Assembly (NCBI RefSeq): GCF_030028105.1
Contig: NC_092371.1
Span: 63,692,057-63,756,056, forward strand
Reading direction: 5' to 3'
DNA from: Mobula birostris
Lineage: Eukaryota
DNA length: 64,000 bases
Part shown: piece by piece, positions 25,530 to 37,723 of the stretch
How the letters are laid out: every line of letters begins with the position of its first letter
Position numbering within the stretch: the first letter of the stretch is position 1
The notes under the pieces: generated by a model
The model's input: the letters and a program-made list of their open reading frames with translations, nothing else
What the model was told of the DNA's origin: nothing
The model's database searches: none
Position numbers and translations under genes: made by a program

Positions 25530-26104
25530 TGGTCAATAGGGTGGTTAAGAAGGCATGCTTACCTTTATTAGTCGTGGCATTGAGTTCAAAAGTCAGGAAG
25601 TTATGCTGCAGCTTTATAAAACTCTAGCTTGGCCCATTTAGGGTATTGCATACAGTTCTAGTCACCCCATTACAGGAAGGATGTCAAGGCTTTTGAAAGA
25701 GTGCAAAAGAGATTAATCAGGAATGTGTCTGGATTAGAGAGCATGTGCCATAACATGAGGCTGGTAAAGCTTGGGTTGTTTTACTTGGAGTGGCAGAGGC
25801 TGAGGCTGAGGCTGAGGGGAGAGCTGATAGAAGTTTACAAGACTATGAGAGGCTTTGATAGACAGGCACTATCTTTTTTCCCAGATTTGAAAGAGGGTAT
25901 GCATTTAAGGTGAGAGGGGATAAGTTCAAAGGAGATGTGAGACACAGAGCCTGGAATGCACTGCCTGGGGTGGTGTTAGATGCAGATAAATTAGGGACTT
26001 TTAAGGGCTATTTAGATTGGCACGTGAATGTGAAGAAATGAATAGATATGGACATTATGTAGGCATAAGAAATTAATTTAGTTATCCATTTGATTACTAA
26101 TTTA

Positions 26105-26615
26105 TGAGGGGTGATTGATAAGTTTGTGGCCTAAGGTGGAAGGAGTCAATATTAGAAAACCTAGCACACTTATTTTTCAACATAGTCCCCTCCTACATTT
26201 ACACACTGAGTCCAGCGGTCATGGAGCATACGGATCCCTTCTTTGTAGAAGTCGGCATCTTGGACCTCCAGAAAGTGGTCCACAGCAGGGGTGATTGATA
26301 AGTTTGTGGCCTAAGGTAGAAGGAGATGAGTTACATGCATGTGCAGTTCAACTCTTTGAGTGATTATGCAGAAAGTTTGAAGTTAATAACTCATCTCCTT
26401 CTACCTTAGGCCGCAAACCTATCAATCACCCCTGCTGTGGACCACTTTCTGGAGGTCCAAGACGCCGACTTCTACAAAGAAGGGATCCGTATGCTCCACG
26501 ACCGCTGGACTCAGTGTGTAAATGTAGGAGGGGACTATGTTGAAAAATAAATGTGCGAGGTTTTCTAAAATTGACGCCTTCTACCTTAGGCCATGAACTT
26601 CTCAATCACCCCTCG
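26105..26615. mobile_element. Mariner-derived fold-back MITE (511 bp)
   Basis: TA flanks (26103-4, 26616-7); ~229-bp inverted arms; each arm encodes a mariner transposase C-terminus (plus strand AVDHFLEVQDADFYKEGIRMLHDRWTQCVNVGGDYVEK*). Confidence 0.92.
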
Positions 26616-27169
26616 TAATTGGTTCAGCACAGCATTGTGGGCCGAGGACCTGTTCCTGTGCTGTACCATTCTGTCTTACAGTAATTCAAACCACACCTCC
26701 ACGTCTACACCGAGAACTCCACATTTAGCATTTCAATTGTTTTAGATCACCCTGGATTTCCTCTTCCATTGAGTAAATCGGAGAGTGTTAACATTCATAC
26801 TTCCAACATCTACAAATAATATTAACATGCATTTCAGATTTGATAGTTTGAAAAGGCAGGATTTGTTAGAGCAGCTTCCTTTAGTTTTGTATAATTAAGT
26901 TGTCACATGGAAGTTTGTGACTTTCCCAAAGCAAGTTGAGTTAGATGCTATTTGTGAGCCATTAAAAATACATCAGTTACTTAAAACCTAATCAAGACTG
27001 GCTGCTGGAAACAGAAGTTCAAATAAATGTGCTGATCAAATTTAATTGTTTCTAATGGAGGCAATGCTAACCAGCTAATTTTTTTATGATCAAGGAGGGA
27101 TATGTACGTAGCATTTGGTGAGTTTAGTTCACATGAGCTTCATGGAGCTTCCAATTTTTCATTAAATAA

Positions 27170-27350
27170 AAATAGAAAACACTGGAACTATTCAGCAGGT
27201 CGGGTAGCATATGTGGAAAGAAGCACAATGAAAGCTTTAGGACCCCATGTTAGAACTGGGAAAGGGAGAAAGCAAAGTTGTGTTCAGTAGTAAAGAAGGT
27301 GGATGAGGAATGGTCAGAACAAAGGAAATATCACTAAATGGGGTAAGATC
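27170..27350 (-). mobile_element. Old Penelope-derived repeat
   Basis: aaaacactggaactattcagcaggtcgggtagcatatgtggaaag...tagaactgggaaagggag. Confidence 0.5.
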
Positions 27351-27354
27351 ATCT

Positions 27355-27662
27355 GGGGTGGCATGGTAGCTTAGTGGTTAGCATGACGGTTTACTGTACC
27401 AGCAACATGGGTTCAATTCCTGCCGCTGCCTGTAAGAGTTTGTATGTTCTCCCCATGATCAGGGTTTCCTCCTAATGCTCTGGTTTCCTCCCACAGTCCA
27501 AAGAAATACCAGTTGGTAGGCTAATTGTAATTTAATTGTAATTAGGTCATTGTAATTTGTCCCATGATTAGGCTAGGATTAAATCAGGGGATTGCTGGGT
27601 GTTGTGGCTTCAAGGGTCGGAAGGGCCTATTCTGCACTGTATCTCAATAAATCATAATAAAT
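27355..27662 (+). mobile_element. tRNA-derived V-domain (HE1-like) SINE
   Basis: A box tggtagcttagtgg, B box gggttcaattcc, V domain, CR1-like tail gggtcggaagggcctattctgcactgtatctcaataaa. Confidence 0.88.
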
Positions 27663-28419
27663 TTAAATATCAAATGAATTAATATTGCAGTTGGAAGTCC
27701 AACATCTTCCTTTGTCTGTCTTACATATTGTTAATATTACTCTAACAACTTGCTTGATTTTGGGATGAGTGAAGAAAACCATGTTGCCAGATGGAGAACA
27801 TGCAGACTCCACACAGGGAACACTGAAGGTCATTATTGCATCTGGGTCAATGGATTTGTGAAGCAGCAGTTCTCCTTGCTGCCCATCATGCAACTGTATA
27901 ATACTCATGGAAAATTCATGTTTTATGTAATTGAACTGAATGACTTTTGTATGATTACAAAGAAGTTAGAGGGGCTACAACCTTAAGATGATTTGAGGAA
28001 AGTATTGGGGGGTTGTCAGAGGTAAGTTCTTTACCTCTGGTCAGTGCATGGAACGCTTTGCCAGGGGTGGTGGTAGGGGCAAATATATGAGGCCATTTCA
28101 GAAACTCTATATACAATAGACAAATGGGAGGCTTTGTAAGAGGAAAGGGTTAGCAGGTAAGGAGTAGAGTCATATCTCAAACCCACCACCATCTCAGTAA
28201 TGACATTATTTTGAATGCTGTTCATCTCTTTGATGTTCATGAATGCTCTTTGCTGTTGGTTTCAATTAAAAAGTTTAATCTTTTTGTTTACTTTCCTTTC
28301 TGGTTCTATTCACAGCAGCAACTTGCAGCCTTTATTTAGTTTTATCTCAGCTGCCCTCTTCTCCAAATGCAGCTTGAACCATTGAAATCCAATGAAGGTG
28401 CCTTGACATGCAGCCTTCA

Positions 28420-28965
28420 GTGATCAGGGCTGATCCATTTCCCTCTCAGCCCCAATCTTCTGTCTTCTTCTTGTATCACTTCATGTTCTGACTAATCAAG
28501 AATCTATCCAACTGACTTAAATACACCCAATTATTTGGTCTCCAGAGTCACCTATTGCAATAAATTCCACAGATTCACCATTTACTGGCTAATGAAATTC
28601 CTCCTCATCTCCATTCCAAATGGACATCCCTCTATTGTGAGGCTGTGTCCACTGGTCTTAGACTCCCCCACCATAGGAAACATCCTCTCCACACCCACTC
28701 TGTCGGAGCTTTTCAACATTCAATAGCCTTCAGTGAGATTCCCCTCCCCGTCATTCTTCTGAATTCCATTGTGTACAGGCCCAGGGCCATCAAACTCTCC
28801 TCATACGATAAACTTTTCAATCCCAAAATCATTCCTGTGAAGTTCCTTTGAACCCTCTCCAATATCAGCAAGTCCTTTCTTAGATAAGCTCAAAACTGCT
28901 CTGTGAGGCCTCACCAGTGCCTTATAAAGCCTCAGCATTACATCTCTGCTTTTATGTTCTGGTCA
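28420..28965 (-). mobile_element. CR1 LINE 3' end
   Basis: Collinear with 10575-11030 plus 11500-11640 (ctggtcttagactcc, aggcctcaccagtgccttataaagcctcagcattacatc). Confidence 0.9.
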
Positions 28966-29237
28966 CTCCCAGAAATTTCTGTAAAGGCAAACCATTTTTC
29001 CTATTGAATCTCATGTCGTAAGTGGAGATGACTTCCTACAAGTTTTTTTTCTCTCACGTTCAGCTATTTTGTAGGCATTGACAAAGTGCTCACCACTATT
29101 ATTAAACAGCTATGGCCAATATGCAGAAGGCACTATGTAAAAGAACAAATTTTGTCGATTTTAATTTTTAGTCACTCAGTACTATGGGGCAATAAGTTTC
29201 GTATGTTATGTCTTTGTGTTGAATGGGTTGACCGTCT

Positions 29238-30805
29238 CATAGAACATAGAAATCTACAGCACATTACAGACCCTTCGGCCCACAATGTTGTGCCAACCGT
29301 GTAACCTACTCTAGAAACTACCTAGAATTTCCCTAGCGCATTTATCTAAGCTCCATGTACCTATCTAAGAGGTTCTTAAAAGACCCCATTGTATCCACTT
29401 CCACTACCGCCACCAGCTGTGCATTCCATGCACCCACCACTCAATGTGTGAAAAACTTACCCCTGACATCCCCTCGGTACATATTTCCAAGCACCTTAAA
29501 ACTATGCCCCCTCATGTTAGCCATTTCAGCCCTGGGATAAAGCCTCTGGCTATCCACAAGATCAATGCCCCTCATCATCTTCTACATCTCTATCAGGTCA
29601 CCTCTCATCCTCTGTCGCTCCAAGGAGAAAAGGCCAAGTTCACTCAGCCTATTCTCATAAGGTACGCTCTCCAATCCAGGCAACACCCTTGTAAATCTCC
29701 TCTGCACTCCCTCTATAGTATCTTCATCCTTCCTGTAGTGAGGTGACCAGAAATGAAGACAGTACTCCAAGTGAGGTCTGACCAGGATCCTATACAGCTG
29801 TAACATTACCTCTCGGCTCTTGAACTCAATCCCATGGTTGATGAATGCCAACACACCATATGCAAAGAGGAGGGGTCCCAGAACAGATCCCTGAGGAACA
29901 CCACTGGTCACCGACCTCCATGCAGAATACAAACCATCTATAACACCCTTTGCCTTCTGTGGACAAGCCAATTCTGGATCCACAAAGCAAGGTCTCCTTG
30001 GATCCCGTGCTTCTTTACTTTCTGAAGGAGCCTTGCATGGGGAACCTTATCATTGCTCTACCTTCATCAATATGTTTAGTTACTTCCTCAAAGAATTCAA
30101 TCAAGCTCGTAAGCCATGACCTACCCTTAACAAAGCCATGCTGACTATCCCTAATCAGATTATGTCTCTCCAAATGCTCATAAATCCTGCCTCTCAGGAT
30201 ATTCCCCAACAATTTGCCCACCACTGAAGTCAGACTTCTCTGGTCTATAATTTCCTGGGTTATCTCTACTCCCTTTCTTGATCAAGGGAACAGCATTTGC
30301 AAACCTCCAATCCTCCAGTACTTCTCCTGTCGCTATTGATGACACAAATATCATCGCAAAAGGCTCAGAAATCTCCTCCCTCGCTTCCCACAGTAGCCTG
30401 GGGTATATCTCATCCAGTCCCAGTGACTTATCTAACTTAATGCTTTTCAAAAGCTCCAGCACATCCTCTTTCTTAATGTCTATATGCTCAAGCGTTTCAG
30501 TCCACTATAAGTCATCCCCACAATTGCCAAGGTCTTTTTCCCTGGTGAATACTGAAATAAAATATTCATTAAGTACCTCTGCTACCTCCTCAGACTCCGT
30601 GCACACGTTTCCACTATCGCACCAGATTGGTCCTATTCTCGCACGGCTCATTCTCTTGCTCTTCACATACTTGTAGAATGCCTTGGGGTTTTCCTTAATC
30701 CCGCTCACCAAGGCCTTCTCATGGCCCCTTCTGGCTCTCCTATTTCCATTCTTAAGCTCCTTCCTAGCAACATTGTGATTTTCTAGAGCTCTAACAGTAC
30801 CAGTC
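29238..30805 (-). mobile_element. CR1 LINE, 1.6 kb, with internal deletions
   Basis: ORFs IKENPKAFYKYVKSKR, KSLGLDEIYPRLLWEAREEI, SQHGFVKGRSWLTSLIEFFEEVT, VTSGVPQGSVLGPLLF, LVRPHLEYC; (TTCTATG)n tail at 29238. Confidence 0.95.
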
Positions 30806-32744
30806 TCAGCTGAGTCCTTCCTCTGCCTTGCCCTTTCTATTCTGAGAACATGTGAACAGATGTCCCAGGGAGAAGCACTGCATGCTCTTCACCTGTAAGA
30901 CATTTCTATGATGGGAGAAGGCTTGTGGATTAGGAAAGGGTTTCAGAAGTGGGGATATCAGCAAAGGGGATGCAATTTGAGGATCGGGGTTCATGGGAGA
31001 AAGATGATGCATAGGAATTCAGGAGGGTACTGGGTTGCATCGTGGTGACTTAGTGGAAATAAACACTGCGGGATTACCTTAAGAAGCTAGCCAAGGCTAA
31101 TTGGGCTCTCCACAATAGAATGCTTTAGAGAAAATGCCTCATAGATGAAGAGTGCGGCAGCACTGTAGTCTGAGATGGCTGCACACATGTCCTCAGACTG
31201 GAGATGGGGTATCAAACGAGGTACCTGGCTGTGAATGCCAACCCAATGAATGCAGTGATGACAGAATCAAATCATCCTACTCCATGGTACAGAGTGATTA
31301 AACATTTGCTGTTTTGTTCGTACATTGTATTTACGAAAATTCCATAAAAGAGAATTTTATTCCTTTTCTCAGTTTTTTGGGGAGTGACATGAATTCTTCA
31401 AGGGGAAAATTTCCATTATTTGAATATTCCTAACACATGGGTTGCATGTATTCTTAAAAATAAAACATACAAACATTGAGAAATAATAACAAATCTACAA
31501 TGGCTGCCTCTGGACATTTAACTGCAATCCATAACACAACAGACCTGAAGGGCCAGGAGCATTTCCCCAGGCCTTCAAAGAAGTCCTCCGTCACCCTGCT
31601 GTTAAGCACAACCTCAGTCTAGCCATGTGATTGGTCATTTCATTTACAGTACATCCAAAGTCTAAGCTCAATTGTCAATATGCTATGATTATTGAGTGGC
31701 TTTCCTCATCCCATGCTGGAACCTCCAGCCTCCATTATTTAACACCTGACACATGCTGAGTTTGTTAATTTGGCCAGGTAGAAATAAAAGGGAAAAAAAA
31801 TCCTCACAAGTCTCTGCCAAATTCTGCCTCAAAGCAATGTCTCCCATGTAATTACACTCCACACATTCTCCCTGCAAATATAATTTCACATTATGAAAAT
31901 GTTCCAATCACATTGTTAGGAGAGAAAGACATACTAAAGGATCACTCCCAAGGACTAACAGCAATCTATACTGACACAGTTAATGAAGCAAGAACACTGC
32001 AAATCTCAGTTGCAGATTATCCATTGAAAGGTACACGACGCACACCAAATAAAGGAACAATAATAGTCAAAAGCTATTTGTATAAATCCATCCCACTTGT
32101 CAAGAACACTGTTCTGACAATTCTTGTACAGTGATTTTTCTTCAAGTAGTCAAGGAAGATTAATTTAGGGATGCCACACTTGCACACAGCTCTTAAGTGA
32201 AGAAAACAAAGGCACCATTTCTGGTCTTGAAGCAACTGCATGCATCTTATTGGTAGACCAACAGATGAAGCTAATGGTGATTATTCTCACTATTACCAAA
32301 ATTCCATGAAAGAGAATGGTGAAATATGAATCAAAATATTATCATTATCTCTTAAGGTTCTTCACACCCCAGCAACAAGAGTTTTATGGAGTGGCAGGGC
32401 TCAGGTTTCAGCCTCCAAACTGAATAAAAGAGAATTGGGAAGGTGATAGGGGATGAGAAATGAATGGTGAGCACTAAGTAATCCAAGTTCGAAGTAAATC
32501 CTTGATGAATGCTGCTTTCTTGTGGGGGTGATTTTTGTAGATGCGCTCATAGTAATGTGAGAGGTTGTAGTCGCCTCTTGCAGTTCAATTCCAGTGCAGT
32601 CAATACAGTCAACAAGAGGAAGCAAGCATACCTGACAGCTGGTTCTCCTGCTGGTGGCTGGTCAAAAACAAGTTTATGCTTTCACAGATGCTGCAGTTTG
32701 ATGATGTGCTTGTAGGTCACTCCATTCAAAACTTAGGTCTAGAT

Positions 32745-32824
32745 CAGGGGTTACCAACCTTTTTTATGCCATGGACCAATACCAGTAAGCAAGGCATCCA
32801 CGGATCCCAGGTTGGGAATCCCTA
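32745..32824. mobile_element. hAT/Charlie-type MITE (80 bp)
   Basis: TIRs CAGGGGTTACCAACCT / AGGTTGGGAATCCCTA; 8-bp TSD GTCTAGAT / GTCTACAT (7/8), fitting the NTCTAGAN Charlie target. Confidence 0.85.
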
Positions 32825-32954
32825 GTCTACATCAGCAAACAGTATTTTCAGTTGGATGAAGTTCTGGCAGAAGTTCAAGTGTGTTCCTTGTAGTGGTGAG
32901 GAACAAGGCAGAGCATCTGATTATAACTATCTCTGCATGAGAAGAATGGCTACG

Positions 32955-33320
32955 GTTGGGGTTTAGAAGAAGGAGTGGAGATCTCATTGAAACCTACTGA
33001 ATATTGAAAGGCCTAGTTAAGGTGGATATGGAGAGACTGTTTCCTATAGTGGGGGAGTTTAGGACCAGAGAGCACAGCCTCAGAGTAGAGGGACATGAAT
33101 TTAGAATAGAGCTGGGGAGGATCTTCTTTAGGCAAAGGGTGGCAAATCTGTGGACGGCCATTGAACCAAATCATTGGGTATATTTAAAATGAAGGTTGAT
33201 AGGTTTTTGATTAATAATTACATCAAAGATTATGGGGAGAGCAGGACAGGGAAAATAAATCAACCATGATTGAATGGTGGAGCAGACTTGATAATTCTGC
33301 TCCTATGTCATATGTTCTTA
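32955..33320 (+). mobile_element. CR1 LINE 3' end
   Basis: ORF 33004..33192 KGLVKVDMERLFPIVGEFRTREHSLR; tail aattctgctcctatgtcatatgttctt. Confidence 0.88.
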
Positions 33321-33861
33321 TAGATGTTTGCTTTCAGATATGGCCCTCCAGGAAGATCTTGAGCTGTAATGTTTGCCATGGACTTTGAAGACTCTCAAAC
33401 AGAGAATCAGTCAATTGATGGAAATATCTGTAGCCTCTGATCCCTTTGGTGCTATCAATTCAAACATAAAACATAGAACATAGAATAGTACAGCACAGTA
33501 CTATTCATATTTTTATTCTGCAATATGGTTTGTACAACCTTTTTCTTTAATATGATAAAAATTTCATAAAGAAATTATCCAAATGTTTCTCTCCTCCTGC
33601 AGCCCAAATTTGATGATGCAAACATTCCTTCATACCTTGAGTGACTGTCATAGCTGTAGGCAAAAGTTTGTGAAGTCAGTCACAAATATATCCCAGGCAT
33701 TACATTCATCTCTCTGCGAAGTCCTATAGCTGTGTCACCTATTTTCTTTTTCCGCTCTTGTTTTCACTTCTTTCGATTCTTCATCTCTTGTCTGAATTTC
33801 AGTGCCCACTGGCTACCTTGTAACTTGCTTTGATTTTATATGAAAGCTACATTTATTTAGA

Positions 33862-34476
33862 AATGGTCAAAGAACACCGAGGCTGTCTACAAGAAGGGTG
33901 AGAGCCGTCTCTACTTCCTGAGGAGACTGAGGTCCCTTAACATCTGTCGGACGATGCTGAGGATGTTCTACGAGTCTGTGGTGGCCAGTGCTATCATGTT
34001 TGCTGTTGTGTGCTGGGGCAGCAGGCTGAGGGTAGCAGACACCAACAGAATCAACAAACTCATTCGTAAGGCCAGTGATGTTGTGGGGATGGAACTGGAC
34101 TCTCTGACGATGGTGTCTGAAAAGAGGATGTTGTCCAATTTGCATGCCATCTTGGACAATGTCTCCCATCCACTACATAATGTACTGGTTGGGCACAGGA
34201 GTACATTCAGCCAGAGACTCATTCCACCGAGATGCAACGCAGAGCGTCATAGGAAGTCATTCCTGCCTGTGGCCATCAAACTTTACAACTCCTCCCTTGG
34301 AGGGTCAGACACCCTGAGCTAATAGGCTGGTCCTGGACTTATTTCCATCTGGCATAATTTACATATTATTATTTAATTATTTATGGGTTTATATTGCTAT
34401 ATTACTTGGTTGGTGCAACTGTCATGAAACCCAATTTCCCTCGGGGTCAATAAAATATGTCTATCTATCTGTCTAT
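33862..34476 (+). mobile_element. Rex1 LINE 3' end (young copy)
   Basis: ORF 33954..34322 differs at about 8 of 122 residues from the C-terminus of ORF 37848..38453; tail tttccctcggggtcaataaaatatgtctatctatctgtctat. Confidence 0.92.
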
Positions 34477-34997
34477 CAATACCATGTTTGTTTCATAGAA
34501 CATAGAAACACTATAGCACGATACAGGCCCTTCAGCAATGACGTTGTGCCAATCTCCTTACCTGCTAAGTGTTACTCAAGATTTCCAGTGTCTACAGAAT
34601 CTCTCCACAGGAGTCTGTTTTCAGCAAATCGAATGCATCAGAACTCATTGGACCATGCAGCAAGTGTTGAAACCTCTGTGGAGGTCAGCAACAGAATCTG
34701 ATGATCCTGATTGTATGTGTTGTTATTCTCTGCACTTCACAGCTGCTCAGTCATGGATGGAAATGAACATTTGCAACTCATGAATCATTGTGCTGGTTAA
34801 TACAAGTGCATTTGTCCACATGAGGGCTGAGCAATATTCAACAAACTTCAGTAATATTCTTCTCACTCCATGAAGAAGTGGCAAGACTTTGTCATTTGAC
34901 TGTATGATTAACAATTCTGTGAATATTCTATTTGTAAATAACTTTCTAATCTTAGGAATTTACAGGACATTCTACATAATCTCAAGTAATTATGATA

Positions 34998-35123
34998 CTC
35001 ATAAGAGTTTCTGCAGATGCTGGAAATTCAGAGCAACACACAAAATGCTGGAGGAACTCAGTAGGTCAGGCAGCATCTGTGGAAATGAATAAACAGTTGA
35101 TGATTCGGGATGAGACCCTTCAA
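34998..35123 (-). mobile_element. Penelope-derived short repeat with decayed hammerhead motif
   Basis: tctgcagatgctggaaattcagagcaacacacaaaatgctggaggaactcagtaggtcaggcagcatctgtgg...cagttgatgattcgggatgagacccttca. Confidence 0.8.
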
Positions 35124-35194
35124 GGGTGCTCATACACAACCACAAGTTCAACTAAATTTTGTAAGTTTATATATGTAAGCAAACAATCCCATAT

Positions 35195-35457
35195 TTATTT
35201 ATATATTGACATACAGCCCTTCCAGCCCTTCAAGCTGTGCCGCCCAGCAATCCTCAAATTTAATCATGGGACAATTTTACAATGACCAATTAACCTACCC
35301 TGTTAACAGGTATGTCTTTGGAATGTGGGAGGAAACAGGAGCACCTGGACGAAATCTGAGCGGTAATGGGGAGAATGTACAAACAGTGGCGGGAATTGAA
35401 CCCAAGTCGCTGGTACTGTGAAGCGTTGTGCTAACCACTACGCTACCATGTTGCCCC
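35195..35457 (-). mobile_element. tRNA-derived V-domain SINE
   Basis: Minus strand GGGGCAACATGGTAGCGTAGTGGTTAGCAC...GGGTTCAATTCC...CCAGGTGCTCCTGTTTCCTCCCAC. Confidence 0.88.
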
Positions 35458-35999
35458 AATGTGACACTTTTTGAAGTCACTGCCATAGAAGCTTGTAGAA
35501 ATCACAGCACCACACGTCTCACAAAGCACTGTCCCAAATTCTTCAAAGCACCCAAAGTAACCACAAGGTGGATAATCCAAGAATGGTAGAAACTGTGCAA
35601 TCTCCTCATATCTGCAGATCACGAGGTGCTGATCATTGCATGTGGAGATCTCTTGGTAAACATATTAACAGAGTGAGATTGGTCCTTTCAATTCACCGGG
35701 GAGGGATAGAGTGTTTTAGTAGACATTTTAGTGCATTCCCTTTATAAAATAAATGGAATATTTTCTCTTTGAGATTCTGAGCTTGCCCGGTGAATTTGTG
35801 ATGAAGAAACTAGCCTTTGTCCTTCAGCTCTGGTTGTGTAATATTTAGTTTCAAACATAGTTTTGGATGATCAATTATAATTATGATTATAAGTATGAAT
35901 TATAATCCCATTATCGCAAATGGGGATTTCAGTTCATTATTTTTGTCAAGACTGAACTTTGTAATTTTATCATAGCAGTTAGCTTAATGTTATTACAGA

Positions 36000-36222
36000 C
36001 TCAGCCCTGTCTGTAAGGGATTTGTCTGTTCTCCCTGAGACCACCTGGGTTTCCTCTGGTGCCCCGGTTTCCTCCCACAGTCCAACGACAGACCAGGTTA
36101 AATTGTTGTTGTAAATTGTCCTGTGATGACACTGGGGTTAAATAGGTTGCTTGTTGGGCGCACAGCTCAATGGCCCAGAAGGACCTGATTAGCAATGTGT
36201 CTGTAAATAAACAAACAAACAA
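36000..36222 (+). mobile_element. V-domain SINE, 5'-truncated
   Basis: ctgggtttcctctggtgccccggtttcctcccacagtcc; tail aaataaacaaacaaacaaa. Confidence 0.8.
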
Positions 36223-36778
36223 ATATTAATGCAATCATGAAACTGCTTAATTGTAACATTCCTGATTCATCAATGGCCTTCAGTGAAGCAAATGTGCCCT
36301 CCTTACCAAATTTGCTCGGGATATGACTCCATATGCTTGACAGTTATCTCACTCCTCAATTCAAGGTAGCTAGGGATAGAGAAAGGATTCCTGCCAGTTA
36401 GGGCTGAAGAGGGAATTCCTGCCCTGCGCTGAAGTCCATGCCCTGTAAGTATAAAAGGAGAGAACGTAGCAGTGAATTTGTTTAGTTTATCACACATATC
36501 AGTTGTAGTTAACAACAGTTCCTGCTGCCATTTTTATGCTGGCTTCTGTAGGCTCTAAATCCTGCCAGTGAGAGTTAAATTTTAATCAGGTTTCCCAAAA
36601 GCAGCACATGGGCCTGATTTTAATATTATGCAGTGTTCATTGTGTCTCTGAGACTGGACATACACAACCCTCTGGACCTATGGCATAGCAATGGAAAATG
36701 GCAGCAAAGAATTTCACTGATGATCCATTCTTTGGAGTTGAAAAGGCAAAGACACTCTCCTGCACTTCCCTCTGTGGC

Positions 36779-36809
36779 CACACACACACACACATACACA
36801 CACACACAC
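36779..36809. repeat. (CA)n microsatellite
   Basis: cacacacacacacatacacacacacacaca. Confidence 0.95.
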
Positions 36810-36821
36810 AATCTTCTATAA

Positions 36822-37723
36822 AATCATAGAGCACTATAGGACAGAAGCAGGCCCTTTGACTCGTTTAATCCATATCGAACTGTTATTCTGCCTCGTCCCA
36901 TCGACCTGCACCAGCTCCGTAACACTCCGTACATCTCCCATCCATGTACTTATTGAAACTTCTCTTAAATGTTAAAATCAAACCCCTATCCATGACTTCC
37001 TCTGGCAGCTCATCCACCTTCTGAGTGAAGAAGTTTCCCCTCAGGTTCCCTTAGCACACTTAACTTATGATCTCTACTTCTGGTCTCACACAAACTCGGT
37101 GGGGAAAGCCTTCTTGTGTTAACCCTATCTATAGCTCTCACAATTTTGTATTGGTTTGTTATGTGCCATGTCATGGTCTTTCCATGGCCGTGATTGTTCT
37201 TGGCAAATGTTTCTACAGAAGTGTTTTGCCATTGTTGCCTTCTGGGCAGTGCCTTTACAAGATGGGTGACCCCAGCCATTATCAATATTCTTCAGATGTT
37301 GTCTGCCTGGCATCAGTGGTTACATAACCAGGACTTGTAATATACACCAGCTGCTCATACGACCATCCACCACCTGCTCCCATGGCTGCTTGTGACCCGG
37401 ATCAAGGGGTTAAGGGTGACCTGCAGGCCAGCGGATGGAACAGCGCCTTACGCTTCCTTTTGTAGAGGCGTATTCCCACCCTGTCATCCTAATTTTATAT
37501 ACCTCTATCAAATCTTCTCTTCTGCTCTAATACTCCAGGGAAGAAAGTCTTAACCTAGTTAACCTTTCCCTATAATTCAGGTCTTCAAACCTGGCAATAT
37601 CCTTGTTAAATACCTCAGTATTCTTTCAGTCTTATTGTTATCTTTCCTGTAGGTAGATGACCACAACTACTCACCAATGTTCCATATTTGCTCTCACCAA
37701 TGTTTCATGCAACTTCAATATAA
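36822..37723 (-). mobile_element. CR1 LINE 3' end with nested SINE; continues briefly at 39536-39560
   Basis: atcatagagcactataggacagaagcaggccctttgac tail; tcctgtaggtagatgaccacaact; resumes 'caacatcccaactcccatactcaat' after the Rex1 insertion. Confidence 0.8.
37150..37488 (-). mobile_element. SINE with RTE/BovB-like 3' tail
   Basis: Minus strand GCAACAATGGCAAAACACTTCTGTAGAAACATTTGCCAAGAACAATCACGGCCATGG resembles RTE-clade 3' ends; it splits the CR1 between 'caattttgta' and 'aattttatatacctctatc'. Confidence 0.6.

Larger units (their letters stand above)
25095..26675 (+). mobile_element. CR1 LINE 3' part carrying two nested insertions
   Basis: gagcagagggatcctggggtccaagttcatagcaccttgaaagtggctgca resumes at ~25530 (ggtcaatagggtggttaagaaggcatg); ORF 25701..25913 QKRLIRNVSGLESMCHNMRLVKLGLFYLE; tail ttgtgggccgaggacctgttcctgtgctgtaccattct. 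Confidence 0.85.

Noticed and set aside
26105-26615. Repeated 37-bp motif as a CRISPR-like array
   Set aside because: The repeats are inverted mariner TIRs with non-unique intervening sequence; eukaryotic context and no cas genes.
33586-33644. Plus-strand acceptor followed by PKFDDANIPSYLE*
   Set aside because: Peptide not recognised and no partner exons; such acceptors occur by chance in 64 kb.
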